This document shows positions 51,904 to 64,000 of a stretch of 64,000 bases of DNA, one piece after another. A program made the translations under genes and the position numbers. Source of the DNA: Octopus bimaculoides (lineage: Eukaryota); NCBI RefSeq assembly GCF_001194135.2, contig NC_069001.1, forward strand, positions 33,862,244-33,926,243, in the 5' to 3' direction. Under the pieces are notes generated by a model. The model ran no database searches and was not told the origin of the DNA. It saw only the letters and a list, made by a program, of their open reading frames with translations. The first letter of the stretch is position 1. Each line of letters opens with the position of its first letter.

Positions 51904-52049
51904 TGTGTGTGTGATAGATGAATCTAGATCCTTCTGGAATATTTCCCTACGAGAGTTATATAAAGGGTTAATTTTAGTGCCAACTTTCAGAATGCATGGT
52001 AAGTAAGTAAATTCCCTAGCTGGCGGCCGGAGTGGGAGACCAATATGCT

Positions 52050-52600
52050 GCTGTGGGTACCACTGGATGACAGACTCTGGGGATGATGTTGTTCCATGCT
52101 TTCTGATCCATGGCGCTGGCCTTAACATGCTTAAGGTTGGGTTGATGTGACTTCAGGTCATCCTCAATTTGTTTTGCCTATATCTTCTTTGGTGTGCCGC
52201 ACTGGATTTTCCAGTATAAAAGTTTGTGTGGTAGTCTTCTGGTGCTCCTCTTGCAGACGTGGCTAAATCAGTGTAGCCTGCACTGCTGGACTTGGTCTTC
52301 AGTGGCATTGTTCTTGGATGTTGGTGAGACACCAAGGATCTGATGAAGACATCGCATTTGAAACACCATAAGCTTGTTTGGGTCCTGTTTGAGGACGGTC
52401 TAGATCTCAACACTATAGAGGAGGACAAAGCCAGCGTGTGGAAATGACAGATCTTGATCCTTGCGGAGATGTTGGGCTTCTTCCAGATACCCCATCCAAG
52501 GGATGTAAATGTAGAAGTCACAGACCTGACTTGACAGTTGATCTCTGCTGTTGGTGCCACTGTCTTCTGCACGAAACCAGCTACACACACTCTCTTGCCA
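52050..52600 (-). pseudogene. RTE (BovB-like) LINE RT C-terminal region, frameshifted
   Basis: EINCQVRSVTSTF...IWKKPNISARIKI..FHTLALSS, then RTE-type C-terminal motifs through ...DQKAWN. Confidence 0.75.
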
Positions 52601-53399
52601 TTTATAATAGTTGTTTTAATGACATTTTTCTCAGCTTGGAGATGACAAGCTGGCTGAAATCAAACTACCATGTATATTTTCTCCTGTCTTGATAAACTTT
52701 AGTTCAGAGCTTATATTTATACATAAATATAGATGATTGAACTGAAAAAAAAAAAAAAAGAATTAAAGAAATAAGAATTCTTTACAGAAATTACCAAAGA
52801 AGTAGTTGCAGTTTTGATATACCATCTCCGAAGGATCACCAAAGATACACTATAACCAGGTGCCTGGTTATTTAAATTTTCACTTTTTTATGACTGACAC
52901 TTTTTTATGTTAACTCTATTCTCACCATCATAAATGTGTTAACTCGGTGATTAGTTGCAGGAAATCTCTAACCAGGGATACTAATGTACACCTATTGCAA
53001 TAGAAAATAAAAGCTAAATTAAAATATGTGATAGTAAGATGGCGAAGGTAGGTATAAAACGAATTGGCAGCCATGAAGTGTGAGAAAATTACAGATATAC
53101 AAATGGATATATTGTTATATGGATAACAAATTAATTTGATTATTTATTAAACGGCTGATAGACAACTAGATAAATGGCTCGATGAAAAATTTGATAGATG
53201 TATGAATAGATAGAAAATGTATGAACAGCTCGGGAAATAGTGATGAAATTGAGTAGCAAATAGATAATGCACTACAAAGACGAGTAGGTAGACGGCAGAA
53301 TTTAAGAATAACGTCAACTAATCAGATGAGGAATGGACAAGCTTTCACATAAGTACACTCATACATACATACTTGTGTATATATGTGTGCCTGTGTGTG

Positions 53400-53447
<48 letters not shown>

Positions 53448-53914
53448 TGCATATATACCTGTATGTATGTATATGTAATTTTGTGGGTATATAGATATAC
53501 TTTGTTTCATGTACATATAATGGATTATGGTGAGTGGTTTTGGCTAGATTGCAGATATAATGGTTGATCAGTTCTGCATTCTCCATGCTGCTGTGATCAA
53601 TGAAAATCTTTGGTCTTTGAAGTATTTTGTGAAATTCAATATTACTCAGAAATTTCAAAATTGAAATCTTGTAGCATGTCTAATTTTTTCTTCCATAAAT
53701 AGAAATCATTTTTGTTGTTACTATTCTCCATTTTCTCTTCTTACTTTCCATATTATATCTTCAGTATATCACGAAGCATCAAATCCAAAGACAGCCCAGA
53801 GTTACATGTAATTACAATAAAATTAATTTAACTTCATCAAATACACACACACTGCAAATTAATGTGCAAGTGGCTAAGCACTCCTTAGACAAGCGTACTC
53901 TTAATGGACATAAA

Positions 53915-54100
53915 GGCATGTGGCTTAATGGTTAGGATATTCAGCTAAAGATCCTAAACTCATGAGTTCAATTCCTGGTGGTGCATTATGTCCCTGGGCA
54001 AGACACTTTATTTCATTTTACTCCAGTCCACTCAGCTGGCAACAGTAAGTAGTACCTGTAATTGAAAGGGCCAGCCTTGTCACATTTTGTGTCACACTGA
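53915..54100 (+). mobile_element. tRNA-derived SINE with a CORE-like domain
   Basis: gcatgtggcttaatggttagg...gagttcaattcc...gtccctgggcaagacactttatttc...ccagtccactcagctggc...aaagggccagccttgtcaca. Confidence 0.7.
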
Positions 54101-54149
54101 AAGTGTGTTTTTGGTAATATCTCTATTAAGCCAAACTTGCCCTTCGAGA

Positions 54150-54900
54150 TTTTTGAAAGTCTGAAATGCTTTTTGGAGATAGTTTGCTTTTCCATGACCT
54201 AAAGCCATACAAGATTCATCAAATTTAAGCATTAGCGTTACATGTTGCTCATTGAAAGGATTGCCAAGTCATAGCCTTCTGTATACAATAATTCTCTTAT
54301 CAAAATGATAAGAGAGTTATTGTATTTTCTTCAACTGAAGAAAAATTCTTCAATTCATAAATGATTGGTATTTGTTGAAGATAATAGCATCACTGACATT
54401 GGTATTTTGAATAAATAAGTTAGAAAAATACTCCATCAATCGTCTTAGAAAAGCTTCCATTGATGTAAAGAGTATTTCACCATTGCTTTGAGTATAAAGG
54501 TATAATTTTTGCAACTTTAGCACCATATGCTTTTTAGGGTGCACACATCAAGTACATCTTTTATATCCCTTTGCCTAACAATTACAAAATCAATTAAGTG
54601 CCATTATTTGAATTGAGAATGCATCCATGACATTCTTTTTTGTTTAAACTGGATACTTGATATAAATAAGTCTATCTCTGTGCAATGCGGAAGAAGTAAA
54701 AGATCATTGTCATTCATTTTCCTTACCCTGTACCTTCCAAGACATCTCCAGGTGTTCCAATCAGTAACAACTCTGGCATTAAAGTCACCAAGCAAAGTAA
54801 TTTTATTAGAATTGACTATATCACACAAACGTTCTTTTAAAGCTTCATAAAATTTGAGTTTTTGCTTCTTCCCTGCTATCTAGAGTTGGGGCGTATGTAC
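54150..54900 (-). pseudogene. RTE LINE AP-endonuclease and linker region
   Basis: KITLLGDFNARV..DWNTWRCLGRY.V.KMNDN.LLLL..CTE.DL, SWMHSQFK*WHLIDFVIVRQRDIKDV, and GEILFTSMEAFLRRLMEYFSNL. Confidence 0.88.
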
Positions 54901-54974
54901 TTAGAATTGTCGCATTGCGATCATCTCTTAATTTCATGCCATGATTCACTCTTTAATACTCATTGCATCTATTT

Positions 54975-55260
54975 ATAACATATACGTGTATATATGTAAA
55001 TATATATATGTATATATATGTAAATGTATATATATATATTTGTATATATATGTAAATGTATATATACATTTGTATATATATGTACATGTGTATATATATA
55101 TATATATATACATTTGTATATGTATATGTAAATGTATATATATATACATTTGTATATATATATGTAAATGTATATATACATTTGTATATATATGTAAATG
55201 TATATATATATATACATTTGTATATATATGTAAATACATATATATATACACACACATGTG
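54975..55260. repeat. AT-rich minisatellite (about 28-34 bp unit) with an internal palindrome
   Basis: Recurrent atatgtAAATGTATATATATACATTTgtatat. Confidence 0.85.
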
Positions 55261-55667
55261 CACACACACACACACACATGTATATATGAAGAAGAAAATG
55301 TAGAATAATTTTTAAATTCTGCATGATTAATATATAATTTCAATATATAATGAATTCTGATAAAAACAGAGTTGTGAATTTATATTTCTCATTCTGCATA
55401 TTACCTACGAATGAAAATTATAAACTTATTCAGCTATGAATATTTCTTTCATCTCAGGTTGAGAAAGTCTTGATGAACTATATGAATTATAATTCAGGAA
55501 ATTGAAAAGATCTTCTTAAAACGAATATTGGAAAGAGATAGACATAAAATGTTTTCTTTTTATTCAATTTGTAAATATGATGGAGAAAAACAAAACAAAA
55601 CAGAAAAAGCAAGATAAATTATGCTAAGAATACGTGCATATTTCAAATGAAATGATGATATATATAT

Positions 55668-55704
<37 letters not shown>

Positions 55705-55765
55705 CATACATACACACATACTTATGTGTGTGTACATATACATATATACATACAGATATATAAAC

Positions 55766-55814
<49 letters not shown>

Positions 55815-56124
55815 AGCAGTGCTGATTTGAATACACACTTAAAAACCATACCTCTGAAAAGCTCAGTGGTTTTGTCAGTTAGTACTTTTAGTTAGAATGA
55901 ATATTTATGAGGATCTGTTGAGAAACTTCTCAATCTTTAATATGAAGCAAGAAAAATAAAAGAAGGAAATCAGATTTATATATATATATAAAACTGGTAC
56001 TTTGTCTGTTACAACGATAAGGGTTCCAGTTGATCTCGACACCAAAACAGCCTACTCATGAAATTAATATGCAAGTGGCTGAGTGCACACACGCATACAC
56101 ACACACACACACATATATATATCT

Positions 56125-56322
56125 TTTAATTGTATTTGTAAGTTGACCATGGCCATTTTGGGCCTTGAAGGGTTTTAGTCAAAAGAATTGACCTCAGGAC
56201 TGATTTTTTTCTAAGCCTGGTACTTATTTTATCAGTCACTTTTGCCAAACCACTAAGTTACACTGACATAAACACATGAACACTGGTTGCCAAGCAATAG
56301 TGGGGGACAATCACACACACAC

Positions 56323-56353
<31 letters not shown>

Positions 56354-56930
56354 TGTATATATATGACAGGCATCTTTCAGTCCCCATCTACCAAGCTCAT
56401 TCACAAAGCTTCGGTCAGCCTGAGGCTAGAGTAGAAGACACTTGTCCAAGATGTCATGCAGTGGAACTGAACCCCAAAACATGTGGTTGGGAAGCAAACT
56501 TCTTACCACACAGCCACATCTGTGCCTACATTTATTATTAAGACTGCAAGAAAAAGAAATTAATTATTGCATTTTGTGGAAAAATTTGATGTATAGATTT
56601 TGAAAACAATGTTACTACATTTGGTACTGCTTTATAGAACTGGACTGAAGAATGAGATATTGGTAAGTAGTGAAAAATCTACCAAGAGATTATGGTTTCC
56701 TAAAAAATTATATTCTGAGCAGTATATTGAATTATGATTAAGAAAAAAAAAAAAAAAAAAAAGCTCAGGCATGGCTGTATGGCTAAGAAGCTTGCTTTGC
56801 AACCATATAGTTTTGGGTTCAGTTCCACTGTGTGGTACCTTGGACAAGTGTTTTTCTACTATAGCCCTGGTTTGACCAATGCTTTGAGAGTGAATTTGAG
56901 AGGCAAGAACTGTATGGAAGCTTGTAGGCC
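56125..56930. mobile_element. SINE family A: - copy 56125-56530 and + head 56765-56930
   Basis: Family A motifs in opposite orientation. Confidence 0.75.
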
Positions 56931-57120
56931 TTAAATTGTTACAAGGCAGCAAAATATGATCGCAGTTGTTAAATGGGAATATCTTATCCATTTCATTGTT
57001 ATAATTCTACATCTTAAGGATGAAATATATTCTATGCTTTACTAGACTGAATTTCTAAAATGTGCTTTTTACAACTAACTACTTTATACTTCTGGACATT
57101 TGTATTTGAGCTTCTCAACT

Positions 57121-57938
57121 TACAGTGGGGTACCCAAAGGTAACTGGAAATGTTCTCTCTGGGACAAGCCAATTGTATTTCAGGCTTCTGCCACTTGATG
57201 CAACCCTCAGTCATCAGTCTGCCAACTGGTATTGTCCAGTGGTGTTGCACTGCCACGTGGTATGTCTTTGTTTTGCAGTGCTTCTCCCATGTTCGTCGAT
57301 TTTTGCAATAGCTAAAACAAAGGAGCAATGTGATTCCACGAAATTCTGTTTTCTGCTGGGGAAAATGGCAACCAAAACAGTTGTCTTGCTTCAAAAAGCT
57401 TACAGGGCTGCTGCCATGAGCAAAACACAAGTTCACAAGTGGTTTTCACACTTTAGGAATGGTCACTTGTTGCTATAGGACCAACCTCATTCAGAGTGAC
57501 CGTCAACCTCTTGAATGAATGAAAACATCATGATCTGATCTTAGATCGCCATCACTGAGCAATTGACAAACTTCTTGATATGGATGGTGTACTCTGGAGC
57601 TCCTGCCAACGAATTTTGAGTGAGGAATGTACATCGTGAGCTGAAAAAAAAAAATGGAAATTATTGTGGACCTTTTTTCAAAGGTCATTACTGGTGATGA
57701 AAGCTGGTGCTACGGAATTTGCTGATGTGGAAGAGGTGAAGAAAAAACGATGGAGGTACTAAAAGGCATCACTTCACAAGAGTTCCAGTGCTGCTTCCAA
57801 CAGTGGAAAATGCATCTGGACCAATGCATTGTTTCAAATGGAGAATACTTTGAAGGTGATAAAAGTGTAAACATGTATCACTAAGTGACTAAGAATAATA
57901 TTGCAAAATTCCGGTTTCTTTTGGGTAGCCCCCTCATG
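57121..57938 (+). mobile_element. Internally deleted mariner with both TIRs
   Basis: TIRs ggggtacccaaaggtaactggaa and ttccggtttcttttgggtagcccc. Protein fragments EQCDSTKFCFLLGK.A..TVVLLQKAY..AAMSKTQV.KWFS.F, KVITGDESWCY, and FQQWK.HLDQCIVSNGEYFEGDK. The segment with the second and third catalytic D is missing. Confidence 0.92.
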
Positions 57939-58756
57939 TTGCTTCTGTTGTTGTGCTTATGGCATTGGTGGTAAGTCTGTCTGTCTGCTCAATCAGGACT
58001 GACCTAGAGCTAAACAATTACTAATGGTTTAATATTATACAATGCTGTCAAAAGCAACGATAATTATGTTTCCAATTTAATAGAGTGATATACTCAATAG
58101 AAGTTATGCTAGTATCCTTGAGTTCCTTTATTTGATTGATTGCTAAAGAATGGAAAATAAAACTGATGTGATTTTAATTTAGAAGTATGAGTCATTGAAT
58201 AAGACACTAAAGAGTCGGGATTAGTTCATTGTAATTTATTATTTATGCTATTTCTATCACTTTTACATTCATAAATTTAACAATAATTGATAAAAGCAAT
58301 GAAATCCTTTATTTCTTTTTAGACAAGAGGCCAGTCTTTTGTGCACTAGTATCACTAGGGTCTATATTTTTATGGGTCTCTACCAGTGTTTCTCAACTGT
58401 TTTGTTTTTTTTTTTACCTAAAGACCCCTTTGATTACTATTGAACTATGTAAAACATTAGAGAAATTGAGCTGTTTCTTGCTCTTCATGTCACCAACCCT
58501 CACCTGTTTCCAAGAGAAGTAATATTTTCCCATGGCTGGACATGTTTTCAAGGAAGATTGGAAATGGACATCACTTGTATGAAGGTGACACTCATTCACA
58601 ACCTTTTGATCTTCAGATCTCACAGCCTTGATCTCATGACCTCTAAGTATTAATTACTTTTGCATATTCTCTCAACATTGTGGGTCACGAGGGTGCTTCT
58701 AACAGTAATAAAGCTAGTTACAAAGAGATTTTATCTGTCCAACACCTTCCTTAAAG

Positions 58757-58880
58757 GTCGATACAAATGAAGTTAGAAGCCTCATCTAAGTACACTGTTC
58801 AAGATATAGAATACATTGAGAAACTGTTGGCTGCAGCATCCATTGTATTCTGTACATTAACAATAGCTGTTCAGACACAA
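58757..58880 (+). other. Candidate 124-nt coding exon of an unidentified gene
   Basis: Acceptor ccttccttaaag|G and donor CAA|gtaagc. One frame is open: SIQMKLEASSKYTVQDIEYIEKLLAAASIVFCTLTIAVQTQ. No homology recognised. Confidence 0.25.
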
Positions 58881-59149
58881 GTAAGCATTTCTAGTGATGT
58901 GCATGATCATAGTAATAAAATTGTTCCGGGGTAGACTGACATTGCTGCCAATCCTTTTCACTTGATGCACCTGACTTTTCCTCAGTCTCGTTATGTTCTA
59001 TGAATTCAGATACTACTTAAGCTGCATACGAAGACTTTTCAATATATTTTGTTATTGGTGCCATTTATTCATTTCCTTTGAAATTTCACATCAATAGTTT
59101 CATGATTCTGTGCAAGAGATTTTTCTCTCATTCCTTCAAATACATATAT

Positions 59150-59660
59150 TCTTGCTCTCTCTCTCTCTCTTTGTATTTTTCTCTTTGTCTCCATTTATTT
59201 CACATTGATTTTCTCTCCTTTTCTGTCTCCGCTTTTTACTTCTCTCTCTCTCCCTCTACTTCTCTCTCTCTCCCTCTACTTCTCTCTCTCTCCCTCTACT
59301 TCTCTCTCTCTCCCTCTACTTCTCTCTCTCTCTCCCTCTATTTCTCTCTATTCCTACTTTTCTCTCTCTAGCCTATTTCTCCCTCTCTTTCTCTCTCTTT
59401 ACACTTATTTATTTCTCTCTCTACTCTTCTTTACTTCTCTCTCTCTCTCTTTCTACTCTTCCCTGCTTCTCTCTCTGTCCACTCTTCTTTACTTCTCTTT
59501 CTCTCTACTCTTCTCTATTTCTCTCTCTACTCTTCGCTACTTCTCTCTCTCTCTACTCTTCTTTACTTCTCTCTTTCTCTCTACTCTTCTCCACCTCTCT
59601 CTCTCTGTGTCTCTGTCTGTCTGTATCCCCCCCTCTCTCTCTCTGCTTGTCTCATTCTTT
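59150..59660. repeat. Polypyrimidine tract containing a ~20-bp minisatellite (ctccctctacttctctctct)n
   Basis: Direct reading of the sequence. Confidence 0.9.
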
Positions 59661-60921
59661 CTATCTTAATTTTCTGAAAAATTTTACCCGTTTAAAATTT
59701 AATGTTTTGTTAAATGTAATGGTTTCCACAGTAAAATATTCAGAAAGTTTTCTAAATGTTCACAACATTCCTTTGTTGCTGTTTTAATGGTAACAAACAG
59801 AGTAGCAGGTACGGGAGACACACGCAATTAATTTTGATTGATTTCAATTAACCAACCATGTTTTATTAAATATTTTATGATTCATTTTCATTCCTCTACA
59901 TGATATCTTTTATACACCTTTATCTACATCAACTCTGCTGGTGTTCATTGGATGTTTCAATCTTAAAATGCTCTCACTCCACCCCTATTCCACCTCATTC
60001 TCTTTCTCAGTCTGCCCCTCTCTCTCCTAGTCTCTCTCTCTCTGCGCTTAATGGGTATTTTACTTTTGTTCCTGGGTGGAGTTATAATATTCACTTTGTG
60101 TTTATTTCCCCCTTAAATCCCATCACATGTCATAACGTCTATAAAACTTCAGTGTCTCTGCTTTCATCTGTTTCACGAAAATTTTGTTTGGTCCATAAAA
60201 TAAATTGAACAAATAGTTATTGTTGATTGGGGAAACTTTCTTTTTTTTTTACTCAACTTTTCTGTTTTGTCCATCTGTACCCCAGCATAGCCACAGCATC
60301 CGGCCAAAAACCGATAAAAGGAATATATCTAATTCTGTTACTCCCATGAGTAACATATACAAAGTGGTAGTTGTAATGAATCAAAACCAAAAGGAAAAAG
60401 CAAAACAAAACAAAACAAAGCAAATCCTATATAATATTACTTGTAACTGCTGTCTTGCTCCAGTTTTAATTTCAATTTATGTCTCCTATATTTTTCTGTC
60501 TGTCTCTCTAATTTTATCTGACTATCTGCCTGTATTTGTTTGAAGAATTCTACTTTTCTCTACCAACCAGTATACAATCTCATTCATTTACTTAATGATT
60601 CTGCTGTTTCTATTTTGGCAAGTATGCTGAAGTTTATACTTTGCTGATGAGGTAACAATAAAGCAGAAACATATCTATTCTCATTACCCATGCTTATTGA
60701 AATGATCAAGATAATGCTAGATGCTGATTAATATAATTTTCTCCTCACCTTATAGTTAATAATAATTTTGGTGTGAGGAATAACATCAGCATTAATTATG
60801 TTTGCACAAATTTAATGACAGAATTCTGGTTTAAGTACCCCATGTAATTCCTCATAACATTTTTATTTTTTGGAATTTTCAGAAAAAATAAAAAGAAGTT
60901 ATTAGGGGTTATATGGGATGC

Positions 60922-61145
60922 TTAACCCCTTAGCATTCTGATTATTCTGTCAAATGTAATGCTTATTTATTCACAATGTCTTGAACCAATGAGGCATTAT
61001 CTCATAGTTCTGAGATTTTAACGAGGTGGTTACATACTTTTAGCATGACATTGTAGGGAAAGCGTTAGAAACTGGATCTGGCTGCTTTAAACATAAAACA
61101 AAATAACTGGGCCGAATATGGCTGGTTTAAATGCTAAAGGGTTAA
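60922..61145. mobile_element. piggyBac-like MITE with intact TTAA ends
   Basis: TTAACCCCTTAGCATT ... AATGCTAAAGGGTTAA. Confidence 0.8.
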
Positions 61146-61879
61146 ACCACAGTTCCACCACTTTATTTATATTTGACTGTCTTTTTTCTGTTTGTTTACC
61201 TATCTCCTTGTCTTTTTGTCAATGTCTTGCTATCTTAGTATCTGCCTGCTTGTTTGTGTTGTTTTTTTTTTTAAATATATTTTTGACCTGTTTTTGTATA
61301 TATTTTCTTTTAATATTTGTTTGTCTGTCTCTGCCCCCTCCCTCGACTCACTTGGCTATTTGTTTCCTTGTCTGTCAGTTAATATCTTTCAGTATTTATC
61401 ACGGCCCTAAATAAGAGCTTACAGTTATTTGTAAATTGTGAAGAGATTGTAAAGGCAATACGCCAACTGGAAACCTCTATTGACAAAAAATCAGCTAATC
61501 CCCCACCCTTGCATGTTATAAATATGTTCTAACTGCTCTAATCTCTTAAATTGCTAATTTAATCTATTGTCTGGCTGTCATATTTGGAATTAACAGACTG
61601 TTGATGCTCATGCCCACACAAGGAAGATACACTCAAACATACAGAGTTAAGGGGATAGTGTATATATACATATATATATACATATATATATACATATATA
61701 TATACATATATATATATATATATGAAATCACAGTTGTGGCAGATAATGATGTCATGCAAATTGGCACCCGTGCTGGTGGCACGTAAATGCACCTTGGTGT
61801 CATGCAAATGACACTCATGCCAGTGACTCGTTAAAGCACCCATTACACTCTCGGAATTGTTGGCGATTCTTCCTCAGTC

Positions 61880-62870
61880 TTCCTCCTCCTCTTCTTACTC
61901 CTCAGCCCTCCACTTCGTCAGTCCTCTTCTTCCCCCTCTTCTTCCTCCTCCTCTTCTTCCTCCTCTTCTTCTTCCTCCTCCTCTTCTTCTTCCTCCTCCT
62001 CTTCTTCTTCTTCCTCTTCTTCTTCTTCTTCCTCCTCTTCTTCTTCCTCCTCNNNNNNNNNNNNNNNNNNNNNNNNNNNNNNNNNNNNNNNNNNNNNNNN
62101 NNNNNNNNNNNNNNNNNNNNNNNNNNNNNNNNNNNNNNNNNNNNNNNNNNNNNNNNNNNNNNNNNNNNNNNNNNNNNNNNNNNNNNNNNNNNNNNNNNNN
62201 NNNNNNNNNNNNNNNNNNNNNNNNNNNNNNNNNNNNNNNNNNNNNNNNNNNNNNNNNNNNNNNNNNNNNNNNNNNNNNNNNNNNNNNNNNNNNNNNNNNN
62301 NNNNNNNNNNNNNNNNNNNNNNNNNNNNNNNNNNNNNNNNNNNNNNNNNNNNNNNNNNNNNNNNNNNNNNNNNNNNNNNNNNNNNNNNNNNNNNNNNNNN
62401 NNNNNNNNNNNNNNNNNNNNNNNNNNNNNNNNNNNNNNNNNNNNNNNNNNNNNNNNNNNNNNNNNNNNNNNNNNNNNNNNNNNNNNNNNNNNNNNNNNNN
62501 NNNNNNNNNNNNNNNNNNNNNNNNNNNNNNNNNNNNNNNNNNNNNNNNNNNNNNNNNNNNNNNNNNNNNNNNNNNNNNNNNNNNNNNNNNNNNNNNNNNN
62601 NNNNNNNNNNNNNNNNNNNNNNNNNNNNNNNNNNNNNNNNNNNNNNNNNNNNNNNNNNNNNNNNNNNNNNNNNNNNNNNNNNNNNNNNNNNNNNNNNNNN
62701 NNNNNNNNNNNNNNNNNNNNNNNNNNNNNNNNNNNNNNNNNNNNNNNNNNNNNNNNNNNNNNNNNNNNNNNNNTCCTCCTCTTCTTCTTCTTCTTCCTCC
62801 TCTCCTCCTCCTCCTCAGTCCTCCGCTTTCTCCTTTTCCTGCTCTTCCTCCTCCGTTTTCTTCCTCCTTC
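61880..62870. repeat. (CTT/CCT)n trinucleotide array spanning an N gap (62053-62773)
   Basis: Direct reading of the sequence. Confidence 0.95.
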
Positions 62871-62929
62871 TCAGTTCTCTTCGTTACTCCTCCTCCTACT
62901 CCTCCTTTAGTGTTTGACTTGACACTCTT

Positions 62930-63175
62930 CTGACAGCTCCTGCAACCAAACTGGTGCCAAACGTAATGCTCTGCACTCCTTTGGACTACGTCAGCAAGGT
63001 CGAGAGAGAGGAATCCTGACGATTGGGCTACCCAGGATTTTCTTACATCTAGCCCAGGCCTGCACAAAACTGGAGAGGAAACTGGAGAGGACATGAAATG
63101 TAAAAACCAGACTGGATTAGTTTATGTGCAACTTGACTGTCTCCCGAGACAAACGGATGCCAACAACAACATACC
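62930..63175 (+). mobile_element. Retroposon 3' segment ending in ggatgccaacaacaac (RTE-associated type)
   Basis: The tail nearly matches that of SINE family D (31335-31350). The body ccaaacgtaatgctctgcactcctttggac...gcccaggcctgc...gagacaaacggatgcc resembles RTE-associated repeats (recalled, unverified). Confidence 0.5.
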
Positions 63176-64000
63176 CATTTGCCTCTTCTTTGAACCAGCA
63201 TTAAAAATCTTTCTCAATCTCCCTTTTCTTAGAATTGAAGTCCTGTTGAAATCTTCCTTATCCTTGTTTCATCTTTTGCCAACTGGCCTTCATAATTCTT
63301 ACCTAACCACCTAAGCCTTAATTTCAGAGGCCTTGGAAAGGTCATGGCCATAGCTCTTCTTTTTTTTAAATGAATTATATAAAAAATAATCACCAAATAT
63401 TGCATTGAACATTATAAACATTATTTCCTCATTGCATTAACCTTCAATCTTTCAAACTCTTGATTACTCAAACCAATTTTTCTCTGTCTATTATTCTTAA
63501 CTGAGAGAACATATGTAGGTTATGGGTAATGTCTATCTCTTCATTTCTTTTCTCTATCTCTCTCACACACATACACACAAAGTTTACAGTTGGATGTTAT
63601 CTGAACTCAAGTTTATATTTGTAAATTTTGATATATTTCCAGTTTCCTCACATTTGAGAATGTATTTATTTTTGTGTTATTTTCCATTGCCTTTAAAAGT
63701 AATTCTAAATTAGATTTCAGTATTGATCAGTGCTTTGTTCACCCAATGATCTGCATATTAATTCATTGGAAGTAACATGTATGTTGTATTCTCTTTGAGT
63801 AAGCCTTTCCTGGTTATTTGCTTCTTAATAACAGTTTAAAACAGCTATTTATATTTTTGTATAGATTCAAAAACCTGTTATTTTTCTAAAGTATAGGAAG
63901 AAAGGAAAGTAAAATATTTAAAAAAAAAAAAAAAGAAAAGAAATTATTTTCATAACTTTAAGAAAGGAAAGTAATATATTACAAAACAAAATTTATTTTC

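Noticed and set aside
54941-55343. Several 100-124 aa Y/I-rich ORFs
   Set aside because: Translation of the AT minisatellite.
59225-59345. CRISPR-like regular repeats
   Set aside because: A tandem pyrimidine minisatellite without unique spacers, in a eukaryotic context with no cas genes.
61857-63094. 358-aa and 399-aa ORFs
   Set aside because: They are CTT/CCT repeats and an N gap; no real coding signal.

Overview
AT-rich, repeat-dense eukaryotic genomic DNA with five N gaps. The SINE/MITE families look like those of an octopod cephalopod (inference from remembered repeat families, not verified). No host protein-coding gene could be identified. Most ORF-track entries are artefacts of microsatellites, N runs or repeats. 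Recognisable content is a graveyard of transposable elements: several tRNA-derived SINE families, RTE- and CR1-type LINE relics, four or five mariner relics, TTAA-bounded piggyBac-like MITEs, hAT-like MITEs, a Helitron relic, and Ty3/Gypsy integrase, RNase H and LTR fragments. The most interesting features are (i) two copies of a foldback element whose arms carry a minimal hammerhead-ribozyme motif of the Penelope-like type plus a tRNA B-box fragment (one copy has a 10-bp target-site duplication; the ribozyme core lesions fall at CpG sites), and (ii) a CpG-retaining domain at about 42.5-53 kb between CpG-depleted flanks, which suggests an unmethylated intergenic/promoter zone between methylated gene bodies.
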